Positions 18,465 to 28,553 are shown, counted from the first letter of the stretch. The stretch: DNA of 64,000 nt from an uncultured Candidatus Saccharibacteria bacterium (GCA_964617735.1 CAZTXT010000001.1:395589-459588), one strand, 5' to 3'. The notes: generated from the sequence alone by a model not told the origin. Made by a program: numbers and translations.

Positions 18465-18639
18465 AGCGCAGAAAGTCGCCGGCTTTCGCCGGCAATTTTT
18501 GTGCTCATGAGCACAGGAAAGATTCGAAAGCCGAAGCGCACGAAGTCCGAGCCCAGCAGGCGAGGGCGCGAGGCGGGGTCGCGAAAGTTTGCGAGCGACG
18601 GCGAGCAAACTATTTGTGACCGAATCCTCCCTCTCACCA
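18465..18639 (+). ncRNA. Structured 3' trailer of tRNA-Tyr
   Basis: Hairpin, antisense T-arm/acceptor 18511-18528, two tandem-GA hairpins, tRNA-like 3' end CGAATCCTCCCTCTCACCA. Confidence 0.6.
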
Positions 18640-18692
18640 CACCCATTGCATTTCTGCCCCGATATGGTTAGTCTTTTTCACAGAAAGGCATT

Positions 18693-18875
18693 ATGATCAC
18701 TTGTATACACAGCATTGTCCTTAATTTTATCGAACACTCGATCAAAGAACACCCACTTCCGTGGAGGACGAACGGCGTCCGCGTCATCGCTTCGGATGAT
18801 TTCCTGGTACTCGAATGTGGCAATGAAGACGAAGCCGCCGCGGCAATCACGTATGCCGAATACGTGGCCTGCTAA
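18693..18875 (+). CDS. Small hypothetical protein
   Basis: 60 aa ORF with AGAAAGG SD and a terminator at about 18887-18910. Confidence 0.5.
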   Translation: MITCIHSIVLNFIEHSIKEHPLPWRTNGVRVIASDDFLVLECGNEDEAAAAITYAEYVAC

Positions 18876-18913
18876 GCATCAAACTCAAAAGCGCCCACCC
18901 GGGCGCTTTTCCC

Positions 18914-19546
18914 TTAGAAGAGACTTTTTTGCGCAGATTTCGGTCGGTTGACGGTTTCATTTGTCGGCGGCTCTTCTGTCGCCGTTTTATCCTTCGCCCG
19001 TCGTGCCGCTTCCGGTAATTTTTTGAAACTCTCCCGAAGGTCCTTCATTGCTGACGGGTTGCGCAGAGCGGCTGCAGGATGAAGAAGCGGGAAGATGACA
19101 CGACCGCTCACGTCAAATATCTTTCCCTGATCGCGGGTAATTTTGGCAAAGGGAAGAAAATAATTCATCGAGAAGCGTCCCAAAGTTGCAATGACCGGAG
19201 GGTTAATGATCTCGATCTGCTCTAAGAGAAAGGGTTTGTATGCGTCGATCTCCGCGGGCAGGGGATCACGGTTATCCGGCGGCCGGCGCTTGACGATATT
19301 GGTGATGTAAACATCACTGCGTTTCCAGCCTAAGTCAACGATCATCTCGTCGAGCAGTTTCCCGGCACGCCCGACAAACGGCCGCCCGAGCCTATCCTCG
19401 TTGAAGCCCGGCGCCTCGCCGATGAAAAGCACGTCACAATCCGGATTGCCTTCGCCGAAGACCAGATTGCTCTCCGCAAGCGGAAGCGGCGTTTCCCTGA
19501 TCTTCTGTTCCAGCATTTTCAGCGCGGTTTCTTTGTCCACGGTCAT
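18914..19546 (-). CDS. Uracil-DNA glycosylase family 4
   Basis: [31 protein letters not shown] and HPAAALR motifs. Confidence 0.9.
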   Translation of the reverse strand: MTVDKETALKMLEQKIRETPLPLAESNLVFGEGNPDCDVLFIGEAPGFNEDRLGRPFVGRAGKLLDEMIVDLGWKRSDVYITNIVKRRPPDNRDPLPAEIDAYKPFLLEQIEIINPPVIATLGRFSMNYFLPFAKITRDQGKIFDVSGRVIFPLLHPAAALRNPSAMKDLRESFKKLPEAARRAKDKTATEEPPTNETVNRPKSAQKSLF

Positions 19547-19594
19547 TACATTTTAACATATTCATTTTAATGCTTTCTTGAGTATACTAACGGG

Positions 19595-20755
19595 ATGAAG
19601 CAGAAGAACGGAAACAGCCTGCAGATCAATGGTTTGCGGACGTGGATCGAGGTAGATCGGGGAGCCATCAAGCACAATGTTGGCCTTTTCAAGAAGCTCA
19701 TCGGGAGGAAAACCAAGTTCATGGGGGTAGTCAAATCGAATGCCTACGGCCATAGCCTTATCGATTTCTCGCGCGAGCTCGAAGACCTGGGCGCCGATTT
19801 TTTGGGGGTTGATTCGGTTGTTGAAGCGCTCGCGTTGCGGAAAAACGGCATAACCCTACCGATCCTCGTGCTCGGCTACACACTGCCTGAAATGATGGGG
19901 CAGGCCGTACAGGAGGATATCAGCCTTACCGTCTCTACCCTAGAGATTCTCGCCGCCATCTCTAAAATGAAACTTGCCCAGCCGATCAAGATCCATTTGA
20001 AAGTTGATACCGGAATGCACCGACAGGGATTTCAGTTGCGCGAGATGCGCGCGGTCGTCTCTCAACTCAAAGCGTTGAACGCTAAGCATCTCATTGCGCT
20101 TGAAGGCGTGTACACGCATTTTGCGGCGGCGAAAAACCCTTCCTTTCCGGGGTCAGTGAGACGGCAGATGCAGGAGTTTGAACAGTGGAGCAAGGCGCTC
20201 GGAGCCGCGGGTTTTTCGCCGCTTCGACACGTCTCCGCGACCGCAAGCGCGATTCTTTTTCCCGATTCTCATCTCGATATGGTCCGCATCGGCATCGGTC
20301 TCTACGGCCTATGGCCTTCGAAAGAAGTGCGCGCGTACGCCGAAGACCATTTCCCCCTGCGGCCAGCGCTTTCCTGGAAGGCCCAGATCAGCGAGGTCAA
20401 GAGGGTCTCTCGGGGAGAGGCAGTGGGGTACGACGAGACCGAACGGCTCGATCGGGATTCCGCAATCGCCGTTATTCCCATCGGATACTGGCATGGATTT
20501 CCGCGCGCCCTTTCTTCCATCGGACGCTTATTGATCAGGGGCAAGCGATCCCGGGTAGTTGGCCGAGTCTCGATGGACATGATCGTTGCTGATGTTACCG
20601 ATATCCCCGGTGTCAGGGCAGGGGACGAAGTCGTGCTTATCGGTACACAAGGTAAGGAGAGTATCTCCGCTGATGAGGTTGCCCAGTATGTGGACACGGT
20701 TCACTATGAGATCGTCACGCGCCTCAATCCCCTTATAAAGCGACTTTTCGTATAG
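19595..20755 (+). CDS. alr: Alanine racemase
   Basis: VVKSNAYGH PLP lysine, KVDTGMHRQG and GRVSMD motifs. Confidence 0.92.
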   Translation: MKQKNGNSLQINGLRTWIEVDRGAIKHNVGLFKKLIGRKTKFMGVVKSNAYGHSLIDFSRELEDLGADFLGVDSVVEALALRKNGITLPILVLGYTLPEMMGQAVQEDISLTVSTLEILAAISKMKLAQPIKIHLKVDTGMHRQGFQLREMRAVVSQLKALNAKHLIALEGVYTHFAAAKNPSFPGSVRRQMQEFEQWSKALGAAGFSPLRHVSATASAILFPDSHLDMVRIGIGLYGLWPSKEVRAYAEDHFPLRPALSWKAQISEVKRVSRGEAVGYDETERLDRDSAIAVIPIGYWHGFPRALSSIGRLLIRGKRSRVVGRVSMDMIVADVTDIPGVRAGDEVVLIGTQGKESISADEVAQYVDTVHYEIVTRLNPLIKRLFV

Positions 20756-20805
20756 GTACGTCACTCCTTGCCTTTTTCAGGCTCTTTGGTTATAGTGCTA
20801 GACCT

Positions 20806-20964
20806 ATGTCGCAGGATAGACTCTTAAAACTTGCTTGCTCAAACTGTAAACGCATCAATTACTGGACGAGCAAAAATAAGAAGAAAGTAGAGCGTAAAAT
20901 AGAACTCGCGAAGTTTTGTAATTGGTGTCGAAAGAGGACTCCACATAAAGAAACCAAAAAATAA
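20806..20964 (+). CDS. rpmG: 50S ribosomal protein L33 (zinc-ribbon type); absent from the ORF track
   Basis: Hand translation: MSQDRLLKLACSNCKRINYWTSKNKKKVERKIELAKFCNWCRKRTPHKETKK. Confidence 0.93.
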   Translation: MSQDRLLKLACSNCKRINYWTSKNKKKVERKIELAKFCNWCRKRTPHKETKK

Positions 20965-21025
20965 AACTCCCCGCGATGCGGGCGTTTTATTTATACGATT
21001 TTTTGAGGTAGGATAGGGCGTACTT

Positions 21026-21097
21026 GGGTCTATAGTTTCAATGGTAAAACGTCGCTCTCCAAAAGCGAAGTTCCCCGTTCGAGTCGGGGTGGACCCG
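21026..21097 (+). tRNA. tRNA-Trp(CCA)
   Basis: GGGTCTA/TGGACCC acceptor, TCGCT-CTCCAAA-AGCGA anticodon arm, G73. Confidence 0.93.
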
Positions 21098-21101
21098 CAA
21101 C

Positions 21102-21644
21102 ATGACGAAAGATACTTTTAATACGATTAAAAGGGATTTTGGTGGATTCTGTAGTTTTGCCATTTGGAGTGAGGATTTGAATGATGTCGATATTATTGAA
21201 CAGAATGTTCACGAACTTCATGGCGATATAATTTTTGTTGGATTGAATGCTAGTAATCCACTAGACACATTCAAGAATTTTCACATGGAGCGGCTTCGGG
21301 GAAGAGATAGGTGGCTGCAAGAGAAATTTAATAACCGCCCGTTTAGGGGAGCTTATATGACGGACTTTTTTAAGTCAGATTTTGCTAAGACGCAGAATAA
21401 GGTAAAAATAAACCGAGAGACTATTAATAAAGGCAGATTGACTCTAAGTAAGGAGATAGAATTACTGGGCAATAAAAACCCAATTATAGTCGCGATTGGT
21501 AAAATGGCCTGCAAACAGGTAAAAGATTCGGGTTACAAAAATGTAGAATGTCTTCCTCATTATTCACCTAGATCAGGGATTTCTGAATCGGAATTTTATA
21601 ATGCAGTTTCTGAGTTGGCGATAAAATTGAGCAAAAGGTCTTGA
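21102..21644 (+). CDS. AT-rich hypothetical protein, possible UDG-superfamily fold
   Basis: IIFVGLNAS, GAYMTDFFK, IIVAIG and LPHYS resemble UDG-like motifs A and B. Confidence 0.5.
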   Translation: MTKDTFNTIKRDFGGFCSFAIWSEDLNDVDIIEQNVHELHGDIIFVGLNASNPLDTFKNFHMERLRGRDRWLQEKFNNRPFRGAYMTDFFKSDFAKTQNKVKINRETINKGRLTLSKEIELLGNKNPIIVAIGKMACKQVKDSGYKNVECLPHYSPRSGISESEFYNAVSELAIKLSKRS

Positions 21645-21646
21645 TT

Positions 21647-22801
21647 ATGGAACCCCTCGCATCAAAAATTAGGCCGCAGTCGCTCAAGGATTTTGTCGGA
21701 CAGGAGCACCTCGTTGGCGAGGGGAAGCCCTTGCGCGTTGCGGTAGAGAAGAAACATCTCTTTTCGTTTATCCTGTGGGGCCCGCCCGGGGTGGGGAAGA
21801 CGACGCTCGCCAAGATTTATGCGAAAGCGCTCGATGCGCGACTCTATGAGCTCTCCGCCGTCTCGGCCGGAAAAGATGATATACGGAAGATCGTTGATGA
21901 AGCCGACACGATGTTCGAGCAGAGATCGAAAGTCCTCTTTTTAGATGAGATACACCGGTTCAACAAAGCCCAACAGGATTTCCTTTTACCCTACGTTGAA
22001 TCTGGCAAATTGATACTGATCGGTGCGACGACCGAAAACCCGTCGTTTGAAGTCATCTCGCCACTTCTTTCGCGCTGTCGCGTCTTTGTCTTAAAAGTGC
22101 TTGCGCCGGACGAGCTCAAGAAAATCATCAAACGGACGAAGATCACGTTGGATAAAAAAGCAACCGACTGGCTCGTAGAGATGGCGAATGGCGACGCGCG
22201 CATTGCGATAACGGTTTTGGAAAACGCCCAAGAGCTCTACAAGAAGGTGAATGTGCAGACGCTTAAAGATACGCTCCAGCATGCGTTTCTGCGGTTCGAT
22301 AAGAAAGGTGATGAGCACTATGACACTATCTCGGCCTACATTAAAAGTATGCGTGCGGGCGATGCCGATGCGGCAATCTATTATCTCGCGCGGATGTTTG
22401 AGGGCGGGGAAGACCCAAAGTTCATCGCGCGGCGGATGGTAATTTTCGCCTCGGAAGATATCGGTCTCGCCCAGCCGACTGCGCTCGTGGTTGCCAACGA
22501 AGTCTTCCAGGCAGTTGATGTTATTGGGATGCCCGAAGCCGCGATAAATCTCGCACACGGAACGGCCTATCTTGCACTCGCGGCCAAAGACAGGAGCGCC
22601 TATGACGCCCTGCGCGCTGCGCAGGCAGATGTCCGCGAGACCGGCAATATCCCGATTCCACTGAAAATCCGCAACGCTCCAACGAAGCTTATGAAAGAAC
22701 TCGGCTACGGCGAGGGGTATCAAAAGTATGATAAGGAGAGTTATTTACCTGAAAAACTGAAAGGGAAGAAATATTTGCGCAAACGTAAAAAAGAAGATTG
22801 A
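21647..22801 (+). CDS. rarA: Replication-associated recombination protein A (RarA/MgsA)
   Basis: PLASKIRP, WGPPGVGKTT, LDEIHRFNKAQQD, GATTENPSF and ASEDIGLA motifs. Confidence 0.93.
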   Translation: MEPLASKIRPQSLKDFVGQEHLVGEGKPLRVAVEKKHLFSFILWGPPGVGKTTLAKIYAKALDARLYELSAVSAGKDDIRKIVDEADTMFEQRSKVLFLDEIHRFNKAQQDFLLPYVESGKLILIGATTENPSFEVISPLLSRCRVFVLKVLAPDELKKIIKRTKITLDKKATDWLVEMANGDARIAITVLENAQELYKKVNVQTLKDTLQHAFLRFDKKGDEHYDTISAYIKSMRAGDADAAIYYLARMFEGGEDPKFIARRMVIFASEDIGLAQPTALVVANEVFQAVDVIGMPEAAINLAHGTAYLALAAKDRSAYDALRAAQADVRETGNIPIPLKIRNAPTKLMKELGYGEGYQKYDKESYLPEKLKGKKYLRKRKKED

Positions 22802-22860
22802 CAAATAAGGCCTCGATGCTATTTTATGTTCGGGAATCTCCCTAGAAAGGATGTAAAAAC

Positions 22861-23223
22861 ATGGCTCTTTCAACAACCAAGAGGCGTCTTGAGTTTGCAG
22901 CACGCAGAGGCCTTAGAATGGCTCGTGTCGGTCGTGACCTTGAAGTAAAGGTCAAAGAATATCTTCAAGAAATGACTTACTCTGGTGTGATATATAGTTT
23001 CATTAGACATGAACCTAATTCACCCGAAGACAAGGATGGCCGCGACTTCACGGTAGTAAAGCAGATCAACGGCGAGATAATCTCCCGATCATTCGGAGTG
23101 ACGATCTCACTGCACAGCTGGAGTCAGAGTAAGCGTCTGCACCCCACTCATCCGCAGTTTTGTTTTCCAATCGGCACCAATAAAGAGACGATTGTTAAAA
23201 GAATATTAGAGTTGTTCTCGTAG
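22861..23223 (+). CDS. Hypothetical protein
   Basis: 120 aa ORF; TTGACA promoter and AGAAAGGA SD. Confidence 0.6.
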   Translation: MALSTTKRRLEFAARRGLRMARVGRDLEVKVKEYLQEMTYSGVIYSFIRHEPNSPEDKDGRDFTVVKQINGEIISRSFGVTISLHSWSQSKRLHPTHPQFCFPIGTNKETIVKRILELFS

Positions 23224-23244
23224 GTGCGCAAACCCTGATGCAAG

Positions 23245-24207
23245 TCAGGGTTTATTTTTTAGGAATTTAGATACAAGTGCTTGGATTTCTCTTGTCTCGC
23301 TTGGCCTGAGCCATTTTGTAGACCTATCTCTCTTAAACCACATCATCTGCCGTTTCGCGTAGCGCCAGATTTCTGTGTTGAGTTTTTCTATCATCTCCTG
23401 TTTCGTCATTTTTCCCCGGAGGAAACGCGCGAGGTAGCGATATTCAAGACCCAGTTCATCCATGCGTTTCCACGATAGGCCGTTTTTATGCAATTGCCGT
23501 GCTTCGGTGAGCATGCCGTTTTCGATGCGGGCAAGCAGGCGTGCGCGGATGCGGCGCTTCATCTGTGCATTATCCGTTGTTAGACCGATGAAGAAAGGTT
23601 TATACTGGATTGGTGGGGGTGGCATACTTGTTCGCTTGCGGTTGGTCCAGGCTGACCTACTAGCGATCCGCCGCCCCTCCTTTTTTATTTCTGTTTGCGC
23701 ATACGCGATCTCTATCGCCCGGATAAGCCTCCGCGGGTTTTGTCGGTCTGACTTATTCATCGCTTTTGCACGTTTCGGGTTTAGTTTCTTGAGGGTTCTG
23801 AAGAGTTCCGCGACAGATTTTTTTGCAAGTTTTGCGCGAAGTTTTCTGTTCGGGGGTATTTCGGAGAGATTTTCCCCTCCGAGAAGCGCTGAAATATAAA
23901 ATCCGGTCCCGCCGCAGATGATAGGGAGCTTTCCGCGCCGCGCGATAGACTCTATCGCGCGGCGCCCTTCCACCACGTATTTTGCGGCCGAGAATTGCTT
24001 TTTGGGGTTGGAAACATCAAGCAGATGATGTCGTATCCCGCGCATCTCCCGTTTCGTGATTTTCCCCGTTCCAATATCAAGTCCTCGATAGACCTGTCGT
24101 GAATCCGCAGAGATTATCTCGCCGTTGAAATGGCGCGCGAGCGATACTGCGAGCGCGCTTTTTCCAGTGGCTGTCGGGCCAACCACAACTACTATTTTTG
24201 TCTTCAT
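23245..24207 (-). CDS. miaA: tRNA dimethylallyltransferase
   Basis: GPTATGKS, SADSRQVYRGLDIGTGK, GGTGFY and YAKRQ motifs. Confidence 0.95.
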   Translation of the reverse strand: MKTKIVVVVGPTATGKSALAVSLARHFNGEIISADSRQVYRGLDIGTGKITKREMRGIRHHLLDVSNPKKQFSAAKYVVEGRRAIESIARRGKLPIICGGTGFYISALLGGENLSEIPPNRKLRAKLAKKSVAELFRTLKKLNPKRAKAMNKSDRQNPRRLIRAIEIAYAQTEIKKEGRRIASRSAWTNRKRTSMPPPPIQYKPFFIGLTTDNAQMKRRIRARLLARIENGMLTEARQLHKNGLSWKRMDELGLEYRYLARFLRGKMTKQEMIEKLNTEIWRYAKRQMMWFKRDRSTKWLRPSETREIQALVSKFLKNKP

Positions 24208-24211
24208 GTAG

Positions 24212-24293
24212 TGCCGGGAGAGAGAATCGAACTCTCAAGGATTGCTCCGCACGATTTTGAGTCGTGTGCGTCTACCAATTCCGCCATCCCGGC
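24212..24293 (-). tRNA. tRNA-Leu(CAA)
   Basis: GCCGGGA/TCCCGGC acceptor, CACGA-CTCAAAA-TCGTG anticodon arm, long V-arm; ends 4 bp upstream of miaA. Confidence 0.95.
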
Positions 24294-24468
24294 ATCTCTT
24301 TTCCTACAAATTATTCGCTAGCGAGTGAGAGGTTTGATACCTTTTGTTTTGTCCCCAGGTATTAAACCTTATCACCAAAGACATTTTTGCTCAAACTGAA
24401 ACCATGCTAAAATCACCATATGCTTTTTAGAATTCTAAGCGCACAAGTCTAAGCCACTTCTTCTTCCC

Positions 24469-25434
24469 ATGTCTCATTTCTACGGCGACGCGATATTTTG
24501 GATAGAAGTCGAGAAGATCAAGCCCAATCCGTACCAGCCGCGGCAGGAATTCGACGAAGCCCGGCTCAATGATCTTGCTGAATCGATAAAGACCTATGGC
24601 GTGCTCCAGCCTTTGGTGGTGACCCGGCGTGAGGTCCAGAAGCCGGAGGGCGGGCTTGCCGTTGAATACGAACTGATATCGGGCGAGCGCCGCCTGCGTG
24701 CCTCTCGTCTTGCCGGCATTGCGCAGGTTCCGGCGATCATCCGCAGCGATTCCAATGATGCGCGGGTCAAGCTTGAACTGGCTATTATCGAAAACCTTCA
24801 GCGCGAAGATCTCAATCCCGTCGATCGAGCCAAAGCATTTCACCGTCTTGCCGAAGAATTCTCCTATAAACATACCCAGATCGCGGAAAAGATAGGCAAA
24901 AGCCGCGAGTATGTGTCCAATACGTTGCGTATTTTGATGCTCCCTGAAGAAATACTGCGCGCGCTCGGCGAGAGAAAAATAAATGAAGGCCACACACGCC
25001 CGATACTGATGCTCGCTGACCGTCCGGAAGAGCAAATGTCGCTCTATAAGAACATCATCGGACAGCGCATGACGGTCCGCGAGGCCGAGGGGGTCGCGCG
25101 CCGCATCGCCTTCGACCGCGTGCGTAAAAAGGAGCGTTCGTTCGATCCTGTGCTCGTTGAAATGGAAGAAAAGCTCTCCGAGACGTTGGGTACTCGGGTC
25201 CAGATAGAGCGCAAAGAGCAGGGAGGGAAGATTCACATTGATTTCTTTTCGCCGCAAGACCTCGAGCAGATACTGCGTCTGCTCGAAGCGCGGCAGATAG
25301 TGCAATCAGGCGGTGCCTCACCAGAGAAGCCGGTGGATAATATCGTACCGGCGCAGAATGAACCCCTCAATGGCTCTGTCTCGCCGAATGAAAGCGGTGA
25401 TGACCTCTATTCGATTCGGGATTTTTCGGTATAG
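24469..25434 (+). CDS. parB: Chromosome partitioning protein ParB/Spo0J
   Basis: NPYQPR, GVLQP, GERRLRA and ENLQREDL motifs; HTH IGKSREYVSNTLR. Confidence 0.92.
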   Translation: MSHFYGDAIFWIEVEKIKPNPYQPRQEFDEARLNDLAESIKTYGVLQPLVVTRREVQKPEGGLAVEYELISGERRLRASRLAGIAQVPAIIRSDSNDARVKLELAIIENLQREDLNPVDRAKAFHRLAEEFSYKHTQIAEKIGKSREYVSNTLRILMLPEEILRALGERKINEGHTRPILMLADRPEEQMSLYKNIIGQRMTVREAEGVARRIAFDRVRKKERSFDPVLVEMEEKLSETLGTRVQIERKEQGGKIHIDFFSPQDLEQILRLLEARQIVQSGGASPEKPVDNIVPAQNEPLNGSVSPNESGDDLYSIRDFSV

Positions 25435-25636
25435 AGTTTATTTTTCAATCTTCTTCCTGCCAGGCTGGTGTTGCTCACATAATTTATTAGAATACCGCTC
25501 GGGAATAGTCTTCGGTCACACCTCTCGCATTCGCCGTCGCGAATGCTCGGGCGCGACCCCGGCTCGCGGTTTTTGCTGCTGCAAAAACAACGCTCCGCCT
25601 CACGAAAACTCTCCGCACGCAATGAAGATTGCGTAC

Positions 25637-27820
25637 TTATTCTGTGGCCTTTTTTCTCCCCGGCTGGTGCCTCTCACACAATTTATTACTACACCTCTCG
25701 GGTATCGTTTTCGTGCCCTCCATCATGAGTGACCCGCAGAGGTCGCAGACGCGTCCCGTCGGACGCGCTTTTATCGCGAAGGTGCATTTCGGGTAATTGG
25801 AGCAAGAGAAGAACGGTCCGAAGCGGCCTCGCCGCTCGACTATCTCTCCACTCTTGCAGACTGGACAGGTAACGCCCGTTTTTGCTTTCGCTTCCTCCTC
25901 GGCGCTTTTCTTGATGAATTTGCATTTCGGATAGTTGGCACAAGCTATGAAACGGCCGTAGCGGCCGTCGCGTTCGATGAGATCGCCACCATCTTCGGGA
26001 CATTTCTCCCCAGTCTTTTTCGGTCCTTCAAGCTCTTTGCCGTCTATCGTCCGCGCGCCTAAACAGTCTGGGAATTTCTTGCAGGAGAGGAACTTGCCCT
26101 GTTTTGATAGTTTGATCACCATCGGCCCACCGCAGATAGGGCATTTCATTCCCGGGTCGGCTTCACCGAGGTTTGTTATCTTCTCCGCAGTCTTAGATTT
26201 TTCTTTCACTTCTTTGGCAAATGGTTTATAAAATTCAGCGAGCGTATTTTCATATTCCCGCTTGCCGAGCGCAATGTCATCGAGCTTGTCTTCCATCTCG
26301 GCGGTGAACGTATCGTTAATATAGTGTCCGAAGTTCTGCTCCAAAAATCCCGAGACGACCATACCGGTGTCAGTCGGCTTGAGCGCACGCCCTTCTTTCG
26401 TTACATATTCGCGGTTTTCAAGCGTACCGATGATGGAGGCATATGTGGATGGTCTGCCGATGCCGCGCTTCTCGAGTTCCTTGACGAGGCCAGCTTCGGT
26501 GTAACGGGGTGGCGGTTGAGTCTGCTTCTCTTCGGTGTGCATCTCAACCAAAGAAAGTTCTTCACCCATCTTTACCTCGGGGACTTCGACATCCTCTCCG
26601 CGCGCGGCAGGGTCAGCCAAGAGCCAGCCCGGCGAGATGACACGGGCACCGTGTGCGGCGAAGTCCGGTATTGGATCACCGGCGACATTTGCAGTAATTT
26701 TGGTGCGCAGAATCTTTGCGTCTGCCATCTGTGAGGCGATAGTGCGCGCCCAGATAAGCTCGTAGAGTTTTCGCTGCTCCGGGTTCGCTCCCGCAGATTC
26801 GTGCGAGAGGTTGGTTGGGCGTATGGCTTCATGTGCTTCCTGCGCGTTCTTTACTTTTTTGGCGAAAGTGTGCGGGGAGAATAATTCTTTCCCGAATTTC
26901 TGCGCGATGACGGCCGCCGCCGCGCTTTTTGCGCTCTCGCTTAGGTTGGTACTATCGGTGCGCATGTATGTGATAAGTCCCGCTTCATAGAGGCGCTGTG
27001 CCGTTGACATGGTGCGGCTGGGGGAGTAGCCGAGGCGTGAGCTCGCCGCTTGCTGGAGCGTCGAGGTGATAAACGGCGCTCGGGGGGAACGTTTGGCTTC
27101 CATAGCGGCTATAGCTTTTATTTTCCAGAGACCGTTCTTTCCTTCGGCAAGGATTTTCTCGACGAGTTTTTTTTCGCGCGGTTCTTCGGTGCACGTTAGC
27201 AGGAGCGGAGCGTTGTTCTTGGTCTTTGTGTCAGCCGTGATGACCCAGAAGGTCTCGGGTTTGAAAGCCTGAATCTCGCGCTCGCGCTCTACTAATATAC
27301 GCAGGGCAGGGGATTGGACGCGTCCTGCAGAGAGGCCATAACGGACCTTCTTCCAGATAAGGCCGGAGAGGTCGTAGCCGACGAGGCGGTCGAGGACGCG
27401 CCGCGCCTCTTGGGCGCGGCGCAGATTCTCATCTATAGCGCGCGTATGCTCGAGGGCTTCGGTAACGGCTTCTTTGGTGATCTCATGATATACGGCTCGC
27501 TTGATGGGAGTTTTAACCTTCTTTTCATGCAGGATTTCAGCCAAGTGCCATGCGATAGCTTCGCCCTCTCGGTCGGGATCGGTCGCAAGGATGACCTCGT
27601 CGGCTTTTTTTGCCGCGGATGCGATCTCGTTGACGACTTTCTCTTTCAATTTGACGATCTCATAATGCGGCACGAAACCAGCTGCGACATCTATCGCATT
27701 CTTGTTTGATTTCGGCAGATCACGCACGTGCCCAACGGAAGCTTTCACGCTGTATTCTTTGCCGAGATATTTTGAAATCGTTTTTGATTTCGCCGGCGAT
27801 TCCACGACTAACAACTTCAT
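25637..27820 (-). CDS. topA: DNA topoisomerase I with C-terminal zinc ribbons
   Basis: LVVESPAK, ATDPDREGEAI, SAGRVQS, ITYMRTDS and GIGRPSTY motifs. Confidence 0.96.
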   Translation of the reverse strand: MKLLVVESPAKSKTISKYLGKEYSVKASVGHVRDLPKSNKNAIDVAAGFVPHYEIVKLKEKVVNEIASAAKKADEVILATDPDREGEAIAWHLAEILHEKKVKTPIKRAVYHEITKEAVTEALEHTRAIDENLRRAQEARRVLDRLVGYDLSGLIWKKVRYGLSAGRVQSPALRILVEREREIQAFKPETFWVITADTKTKNNAPLLLTCTEEPREKKLVEKILAEGKNGLWKIKAIAAMEAKRSPRAPFITSTLQQAASSRLGYSPSRTMSTAQRLYEAGLITYMRTDSTNLSESAKSAAAAVIAQKFGKELFSPHTFAKKVKNAQEAHEAIRPTNLSHESAGANPEQRKLYELIWARTIASQMADAKILRTKITANVAGDPIPDFAAHGARVISPGWLLADPAARGEDVEVPEVKMGEELSLVEMHTEEKQTQPPPRYTEAGLVKELEKRGIGRPSTYASIIGTLENREYVTKEGRALKPTDTGMVVSGFLEQNFGHYINDTFTAEMEDKLDDIALGKREYENTLAEFYKPFAKEVKEKSKTAEKITNLGEADPGMKCPICGGPMVIKLSKQGKFLSCKKFPDCLGARTIDGKELEGPKKTGEKCPEDGGDLIERDGRYGRFIACANYPKCKFIKKSAEEEAKAKTGVTCPVCKSGEIVERRGRFGPFFSCSNYPKCTFAIKARPTGRVCDLCGSLMMEGTKTIPERCSNKLCERHQPGRKKATE

Positions 27821-27940
27821 AGTGGTAATCACTATTACACGGAACTAGAAAATTATGCAAATCTTGGCAAGAAAAACCATAGAGCACGCATAAAAGAAAA
27901 ACGCCGCGGGTACTCGATACTCGCGGCGCTCTGAACTGTT

Positions 27941-28507
27941 TTAGGTCTTTGTTCTCACGGTGCTGTGCAGATGCACGAATTGGATGACGAGAGGTTCCGG
28001 CATCTCCACCAGGATTTCACGTACCAGGTACAAGTCTTCTTCCTGTGCCGAAGAGACGCGAAGAAAGGGTTTTGCATTCTCTTTGTCGTCAACGGCAAGA
28101 ATAGGAGACGTCACCATGGAATTAGGGCGGACATAGGTTATCCGATCGCGAAGAGAACCTTCTGTGTCTTCGCTCCAGCCCTCGACGGCGCCGCACATAG
28201 CTACATACAGTCGGCGTGCTTCGCTTCTTTCGTACCCGATGATTTCAATGCTGATCATAACAACTCCTTTGGTTAACGGTTCTCTGCGCACCTTAGCATG
28301 GTTTTTAAAAAAGAAAAGCGCCGTCGCGTTTACGCGACGGCGCGATACTGTTCGCACTTTTTTGTTCATATGCTCCTGCTGTGTCCGAATTGCTGCTGCG
28401 AGTGCGAACGCTCGTCCGAGGTACCAGAGCCAACGTTCTCTCTGAAGCCGTTTATCGTACCTCCTGCGCCGGATACGCTGTGCTTTCTGCAAGATCTTTT
28501 GTATCAT
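27941..28507 (-). CDS. Hypothetical ORF with basic N-terminus, internal terminator and in-frame second SD/ATG at 28258
   Basis: TTGAAA/TATAAT promoter and AGAAAGGAG SD before ATG 28507; CAAAGGAG SD before ATG 28258. Confidence 0.5.
   Translation of the reverse strand: MIQKILQKAQRIRRRRYDKRLQRERWLWYLGRAFALAAAIRTQQEHMNKKVRTVSRRRVNATALFFFKNHAKVRREPLTKGVVMISIEIIGYERSEARRLYVAMCGAVEGWSEDTEGSLRDRITYVRPNSMVTSPILAVDDKENAKPFLRVSSAQEEDLYLVREILVEMPEPLVIQFVHLHSTVRTKT
28307..28343 (-). terminator. Strong intrinsic terminator inside an ORF
   Basis: 11-bp GC stem GCGCCGTCGCG/CGCGACGGCGC followed by TTTTCTTTTTT on the minus strand. Confidence 0.75.
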
Positions 28508-28553
28508 ACCGCTCCTTTCTTCTGGAGGGATTATATGCAAAATGCACTTGATT

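Noticed and set aside
21026-21097. Alternative genetic code (UGA recoding as in Gracilibacteria/Absconditabacteria)
   Set aside because: TGA terminates several well-defined genes (pyrE, pyrF, miaA) and conserved genes are uninterrupted in code 11.
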